The position numbers and the translations under genes are program-made. Below are positions 59,477 to 64,000 of a stretch of DNA of 64,000 nt, piece by piece. The notes beneath the pieces were generated by a model. That model made no database searches, was not told the origin of the DNA, and was given only the letters and a program-made list of their open reading frames with translations. The stretch spans positions 11,663-75,662 of the forward strand of contig JAJZFS010000076.1 in the NCBI GenBank assembly GCA_021805245.1, given 5' to 3'. Within the stretch, counting starts at the first letter, position 1. The number at the start of each line of letters is the position of its first letter. The stretch comes from Pseudomonadota bacterium (lineage in GTDB: Bacteria > Pseudomonadota > Alphaproteobacteria > Micavibrionales > UBA2020).

Positions 59477-61927
59477 TCAGCGCTTTTTAATATGCGGCCA
59501 GTTGAACTTCGGTTTCGTCTCGGCGATCAGTCCTTCGTTGTCGTTGGCCGTGTGCGCGACGGGTGCGATGCGGTCTGCAGCGGCGCGGAGATCGGCGGTC
59601 TTTTGCGCTGGCTCCGGTTCTTCGCGCAAGGGCCTGCCGGATTTGATGATCGCCTCGATGCGCGCGAGGGTGCGCGGATCGTGAACAAGCGCCATGAAGT
59701 TTTCGTGTTCCAGCTCGCGCACGTAGTCTTGCGTCAGCTTCACGTTCGGGCCAGCCTTATCGCCCCCGGTCAGCACAGTGGCCACGCGGTCGGAAACCAC
59801 GACGTCGTAGGGTGTGGCCAAACCGCGCATGTAAAAGCCGTCCACCGCCATGTTGAGCGCTGCGCGGCCGCCGGGGCCGGGCAATTCAAGGTCGAACGGT
59901 TTTTCCGGCTCAAAGTGCTGCGCCAGTTCGAAGGCTTTGGCTTTTGCGTCGGCGAGCAGACGCGACTTGTTCATCGTTATGCCGTCCGTTTCGCGCAGGT
60001 ACAATAAATCTTGCGCTTCATAGGCGGAGAAGCCGACCCTCGCGGTCGAGATGGTTTCGAAGACGAAGGCGACGGCGGGCATCGGTCCGTGCGCGATCTT
60101 CTCACTTTGCTGCGCGCGGGTGAGGAGCTCTGTGGAGCCGCCCCATGCGGGCAGCAGGCCGACGCCGACTTCGACGAGTCCCGGATAAGTTTCCGCATGC
60201 GCCTGCACGTGATGCGAATGAAGGAGAATCTCGCAGCCGCCGCCCAGTGCCTTGCCGCTGGGCGCGGACACGACGGGGAAGGGCGCGTATTTGAGGCGTT
60301 TGTAGGTTTTTTGCCCCATCTTCACCATTTTGTCGATGATCCAATATTGCTTCAGCTTTGCCGCATAGAGCGCGACGCCGATATTGGCACCGACGGAGAA
60401 ATCGTCCGCGTCGTTGTGAATGACGAGCGCTTTAAAATATCCTTTTCCGTCGCCGATGATGTCACAAGCCTTGTTGACCATGCGCAGGCTGAAGAAATCA
60501 AGTGAGTTCATTTTCGAGTGGAATTCGAGGCAGAGGATGCCTTCGCCGAGATCCCACAGGCTGGCGGAGAAGTTTTTCGCGACGGGTCGCGACGCGCGCT
60601 TGACGTCGGCGAGCAGCAGCACGCCTTCGGGGCGTACGATGTCCTGGTAAACACCGTTATTGTCGAGATATTGCAGCTTGCCGGTTTTGGTGCGGTAGAG
60701 GCTGCGGCCCGCGGCTTTTTCGAGGAACAGCGGGACCGTTCTGCCTTCTTTCTTCACGCGGTCGATGAAATAATCCACGCCGATCTTGTCGATCAATTCG
60801 AAGGGGCCGTATTTCCAGTTGTAGCCGAGTTTCATGGCATCGTCGACGTGCGCGATGGTGTCGGTAATCTCGTGCGCGTGTTCGGCGGCATAGCACAAGG
60901 TTTGCGACAGAACTGCCCAGGCGTAATTGCCAAGCTTATCATCGGATGTGACGAGGTCGCGCAGCTGTTTTTTAAGCTTGATGCGCGTTGACGGGCGCGC
61001 TGCGCCCGTTGCGAGGTCGATCGCCAGCTTGTTGTGGTTTTCATCGAGGCGGTAGAAGCCGCCTTTGCCCTTGCGCCCCGTGTAGCCGTCGGCAATCATT
61101 TTGTCGATCACCGGCCAGGACTTGTTGTTCTTGCAATAGGCGTCTTCCGGCGGCAGCAGGGTGGTGAGGCTTTTGGTGATATGCGGCATGAGGTCGAGGC
61201 CAACAAGGTCGATGAGGCCGAAAATGCCGGTGCGCGGCGCACCGATCGGGCTGCCCATCACGGCATCGGCTTCCTCGACGGCGAGTTTGCGTGCATAGGC
61301 CTCGTTGATGGCGGTCTGTATCCAGAAGGTGCCGATGCGGTTGCCGATGAAGCCCGGTGTGTCGTTGCAGGGGATGACGCCCTTGCCAAGCTTTTCATCC
61401 ATGAAGAACGTCAGTTCCGCGATCATCTTCTTGTCGTTGTGCCCGGACGTCACCAGCTCCAGCAGCGGCATGTAACGCGGCGGGTTGAAGAAGTGGGTGA
61501 TGACGAAATCTTTTTTGAGAGCGGCAGACTGGTCTTTGATCAGGTCGGCGAGCGGGATGGTCGACGTGTTGGAGGCGACGATCGTGCCGGGCCGGCGGTT
61601 GGCGTCTATCTTTTTGAAGATGTCGGATTTGACTTTCGGATCTTCGAAGACGGCCTCGATGATGAGATCGACCTCCTGCAGGCGGCCGATGTCGTCCTCG
61701 GTATTTCCGGGGCGGATGCGTTTGGCGTTGCGTGTGTGCATCAGCGGCGCAGGCTTGGTTTTGAGCAGGCGGTCGATGGCGCCTCTGGCGATGGCGCTAC
61801 GGTCGTCCCCTGCTTTTGCGTCGACGCGGTCGAGCAGTTCGACGGAGAGGCCGGCGTTGGCGAGGTGGGCGGCGATGCCTGCGCCCATGACACCGGCGCC
61901 GATCACGGCGGCTTTTTGAATGGTCAT
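59477..61927 (-). CDS. 3-hydroxyacyl-CoA dehydrogenase / enoyl-CoA hydratase family fusion protein
   Basis: N-terminal AVIGAGVMGAGIAAHLANAG NAD-binding domain with the 3HCDH region. C-terminal crotonase-like half. 816 aa. Confidence 0.85.
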   Translation of the reverse strand: MTIQKAAVIGAGVMGAGIAAHLANAGLSVELLDRVDAKAGDDRSAIARGAIDRLLKTKPAPLMHTRNAKRIRPGNTEDDIGRLQEVDLIIEAVFEDPKVKSDIFKKIDANRRPGTIVASNTSTIPLADLIKDQSAALKKDFVITHFFNPPRYMPLLELVTSGHNDKKMIAELTFFMDEKLGKGVIPCNDTPGFIGNRIGTFWIQTAINEAYARKLAVEEADAVMGSPIGAPRTGIFGLIDLVGLDLMPHITKSLTTLLPPEDAYCKNNKSWPVIDKMIADGYTGRKGKGGFYRLDENHNKLAIDLATGAARPSTRIKLKKQLRDLVTSDDKLGNYAWAVLSQTLCYAAEHAHEITDTIAHVDDAMKLGYNWKYGPFELIDKIGVDYFIDRVKKEGRTVPLFLEKAAGRSLYRTKTGKLQYLDNNGVYQDIVRPEGVLLLADVKRASRPVAKNFSASLWDLGEGILCLEFHSKMNSLDFFSLRMVNKACDIIGDGKGYFKALVIHNDADDFSVGANIGVALYAAKLKQYWIIDKMVKMGQKTYKRLKYAPFPVVSAPSGKALGGGCEILLHSHHVQAHAETYPGLVEVGVGLLPAWGGSTELLTRAQQSEKIAHGPMPAVAFVFETISTARVGFSAYEAQDLLYLRETDGITMNKSRLLADAKAKAFELAQHFEPEKPFDLELPGPGGRAALNMAVDGFYMRGLATPYDVVVSDRVATVLTGGDKAGPNVKLTQDYVRELEHENFMALVHDPRTLARIEAIIKSGRPLREEPEPAQKTADLRAAADRIAPVAHTANDNEGLIAETKPKFNWPHIKKR

Positions 61928-62892
61928 GATTTAGGCTCCTTCTTGGACTTTTTGGGATGGCGTTTAAAGGGCTCGTGACGGGTGCGGTAGAGCGAATAGA
62001 ACACACCCGTGGCGAGCAGCAAAACGGTGACAGCGAACGAGAAGACCGGCGGCAACGGGTGGTGCAGGACGAAGTCCACATAGAAGATCTTGCCGCCAAT
62101 GAAAACCAGCACGGCGGCGAGCGCGTATTTGAGGTATTCGAAGCGGTGCAGCATGGCATCGAGCGCGAAATAGAGCGCGCGCAAGCCAAGAATGGCAAAA
62201 ATGTTGCTGGTCAGGACGATATAGGTATTGGTGGTCAGGGCGAGAATGGCGGGCACGCTGTCGACGGCGAAGATCGCGTCCACGATATTCACCACGACGA
62301 GCGCCAGCATCAGCGGCGTGAACCAAAATTTGCCGTTCAGCATGATCGAGAACTTGTCGCCGTGCAGTTTTTCCGTTACGCGCATGTATTTCTTGCAGAA
62401 GTGCAGCACTGTGTTTTTCGGCACCTCTTCGGCCTCTTCCTCGGCGAAGGCCATATTGACGCCGGTGAAGATCAGGAACGCCGAGAAGAGATAGAGTACC
62501 CAGTGAAAATCGGAGACGATTTGCGCGCCGAGCCCGATCATCACGCCGCGCAGCAGAATGGCCGCGAGGATGCCCCAGACCAGCACACGGTACTGGTGCT
62601 TGCGCGGGATGGACAGCGCCGAGAAAACCAGCGAGATGGCGAAGATATTGTCGATGGAGAGGGTTTTTTCGACAATGAAGCCCGTCCAGTAGAGCGCGGC
62701 GGCGGCGCGGCCCATTTCATGCCAGACCCATGCGCCGAAGCCGGTGCCGATCAGAATGTATCCCGCGCTATACGTCAGGCTTTCGCGGATGCCGATGACG
62801 TGGTTGTTTTTGTGCAGGATGCCGAGGTCGAGCACCATCAGGGCGGCGATGAGCCCCAGGAAAACCGCCCACATCGTCGCCGCATGTGCCAT
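61924..62892 (-). CDS. TerC-family integral membrane protein
   Basis: Multiple TM helices with LSIDNIFAI and FAVDSVPAILALT motifs typical of TerC/Alx. Confidence 0.85.
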   Translation of the reverse strand: MAHAATMWAVFLGLIAALMVLDLGILHKNNHVIGIRESLTYSAGYILIGTGFGAWVWHEMGRAAAALYWTGFIVEKTLSIDNIFAISLVFSALSIPRKHQYRVLVWGILAAILLRGVMIGLGAQIVSDFHWVLYLFSAFLIFTGVNMAFAEEEAEEVPKNTVLHFCKKYMRVTEKLHGDKFSIMLNGKFWFTPLMLALVVVNIVDAIFAVDSVPAILALTTNTYIVLTSNIFAILGLRALYFALDAMLHRFEYLKYALAAVLVFIGGKIFYVDFVLHHPLPPVFSFAVTVLLLATGVFYSLYRTRHEPFKRHPKKSKKEPKS

Positions 62893-63407
62893 TAGATACT
62901 TTGGAAGAAGTGTATGATGTTATGGCCTTCAAGGTTAAACAACAGCAGCAGGACGAGGAAGAACCAGCAGGTGACCAGCGGCATGACGCGGTATTTAAGA
63001 AAGGTCATCTCCAGAAGCGCGGCAATGATCGGCGCGATGCCGGCAAGGAAAAAGAATGCCGCGCCACGCGCGAAGATAGTGATGAGTTCGTCGTTTTGTG
63101 CGTTGCCGGTCAGATGCAGTTTTTCCGCGCCGGTGATAAACTGGTCGAGGATCGATATGCCGGTAATGTGCACCCCGTTGAGCGGGTTGACGCCGTAGCT
63201 GTTGATCATGATGGCGATGATGACGGAGAGAACGTAGACAACGGCGACGTAGTAGGTCTGGCTTGGGTATTGTGACTGGCCGCCTATATCTTTCCTGCCG
63301 GACGCGCTGCGCTTCGTGTCGACATCGTAATATCCGGCGTCGCGCATCTTGCGTGCGTTTTCGAGTTTTTGCTTCGCGCCGCCAAGTTTTTTCTTTTTAC
63401 TAAACAT
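62892..63407 (-). CDS. hypothetical membrane protein
   Basis: 171 aa with four predicted TM segments. Its stop abuts the start of the TerC-family gene. Confidence 0.5.
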   Translation of the reverse strand: MFSKKKKLGGAKQKLENARKMRDAGYYDVDTKRSASGRKDIGGQSQYPSQTYYVAVVYVLSVIIAIMINSYGVNPLNGVHITGISILDQFITGAEKLHLTGNAQNDELITIFARGAAFFFLAGIAPIIAALLEMTFLKYRVMPLVTCWFFLVLLLLFNLEGHNIIHFFQSI

Positions 63408-63493
63408 ATGGATCCCCTACATAATATCCCACACGTCAGTTTAGCCAAGCTATGCAAAAAAAGAAATAAAAGCTTTATGCGGCGGGGGGTGTG

Positions 63494-64000
63494 TCAGGCT
63501 TTCACGATGTTGTCCCGATCGCTCATTCCGGAAAGAGCGTTGCGCGTATCGACGACCAGCGGCGCGTTTTCCGCGATCATGGCATAATCTATATTGTCAT
63601 GATTGGTGATAATCATGACCGCATCCTGCTTTTTGAGGAGTTCCGCCGTCAGAGGGGTCGATTTCAGGCCGGTAAAGTCGGCATGCTCGCGGGTTGGCGG
63701 AATGACGTCGACATAAGGATCATGGAAAATAACGTTGGCTTTGCGGCGCTTCAGCAGCTCTATGACGGCGAAGGAGGGGCTTTCGCGGATGTCGGCGACG
63801 TTCTTTTTATAGGCCATGCCGATGATTAAAATATGTGCGCCATTGAGGGCCTTGGCGGCTGTCCGGTCGAGCGCCTCGGCGAGCTTGTTCACGACATAAA
63901 CAGGCATGGCGACGTTGATCTCGCCCGCCAGTTCGATGAAGCGGGTGGTGATGTTGTATTCGCGCGCCTTCCATGTGAGATAAAACGGGTCGATCGGGAT
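63494..64000 (-). CDS. nucleotide-sugar dehydrogenase (UDP-glucose/GDP-mannose DH family), N-terminus beyond the window
   Basis: C-terminal domain ILIIGMAYKKNVADIRESPSFAVIELL...VIFHDPYV. The frame stays open to base 64000. Confidence 0.8.
   Translation of the reverse strand: MPIDPFYLTWKAREYNITTRFIELAGEINVAMPVYVVNKLAEALDRTAAKALNGAHILIIGMAYKKNVADIRESPSFAVIELLKRRKANVIFHDPYVDVIPPTREHADFTGLKSTPLTAELLKKQDAVMIITNHDNIDYAMIAENAPLVVDTRNALSGMSDRDNIVKA

Overview
The window is a GC-rich chromosomal segment of alphaproteobacterial type. It carries ccrM, rnhB, rlmE, a guaB-like gene, an rsmB-family gene, a DUF58/BatA-type cluster, dcd, murA, infA, maf, an RNase E/G gene, glpDK, secA, mutT, a fadB-like gene and a TerC-family gene. 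It also holds a clustered pyrimidine set: pyrB, carAB-pyrE-pyrF, pyrD and pyrC. This backbone is interrupted at 21.4-32.5 kb by a visibly AT-rich island of about 11.1 kb integrated at tRNA-Phe(GAA). The island is bounded by an imperfect ~46-bp direct repeat of the tRNA 3' end and has TGGGTAC arm-type repeats at both ends. Its maintenance module is a P4-type integrase, an AlpA-like regulator, a DUF736-like protein and a Rep_trans-like replication protein, with an iteron-plus-hairpin region upstream. The main cargo is a tightly coupled five-gene minus-strand operon: a ubiquitin-like protein, an E2-like protein, a JAB(JAMM)::E1 fusion, a protein with an unknown N-terminal domain and an APH/protein-kinase-like domain, and a Cys-rich DUF6527-like protein. 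I consider this operon the best candidate for a previously uncharacterised (probably anti-phage) ubiquitin-like conjugation system. Other island cargo is an HNH nuclease preceded by a GC-rich ~200-nt structured RNA-like element ending in a terminator hairpin, a divergent 228-aa unknown ORF, and a decayed HigA-type antitoxin remnant. Outside the island I also note a tRNA-Ser 3' fragment next to a low-GC islet, three tandem small paralogs, an IMPDH paralog with an altered catalytic loop, and two diverged ankyrin-like paralogs. All family assignments come from motif recognition by eye on the supplied translations; no database search was run. Many long ORFs antisense to GC-rich genes were treated as shadow ORFs.
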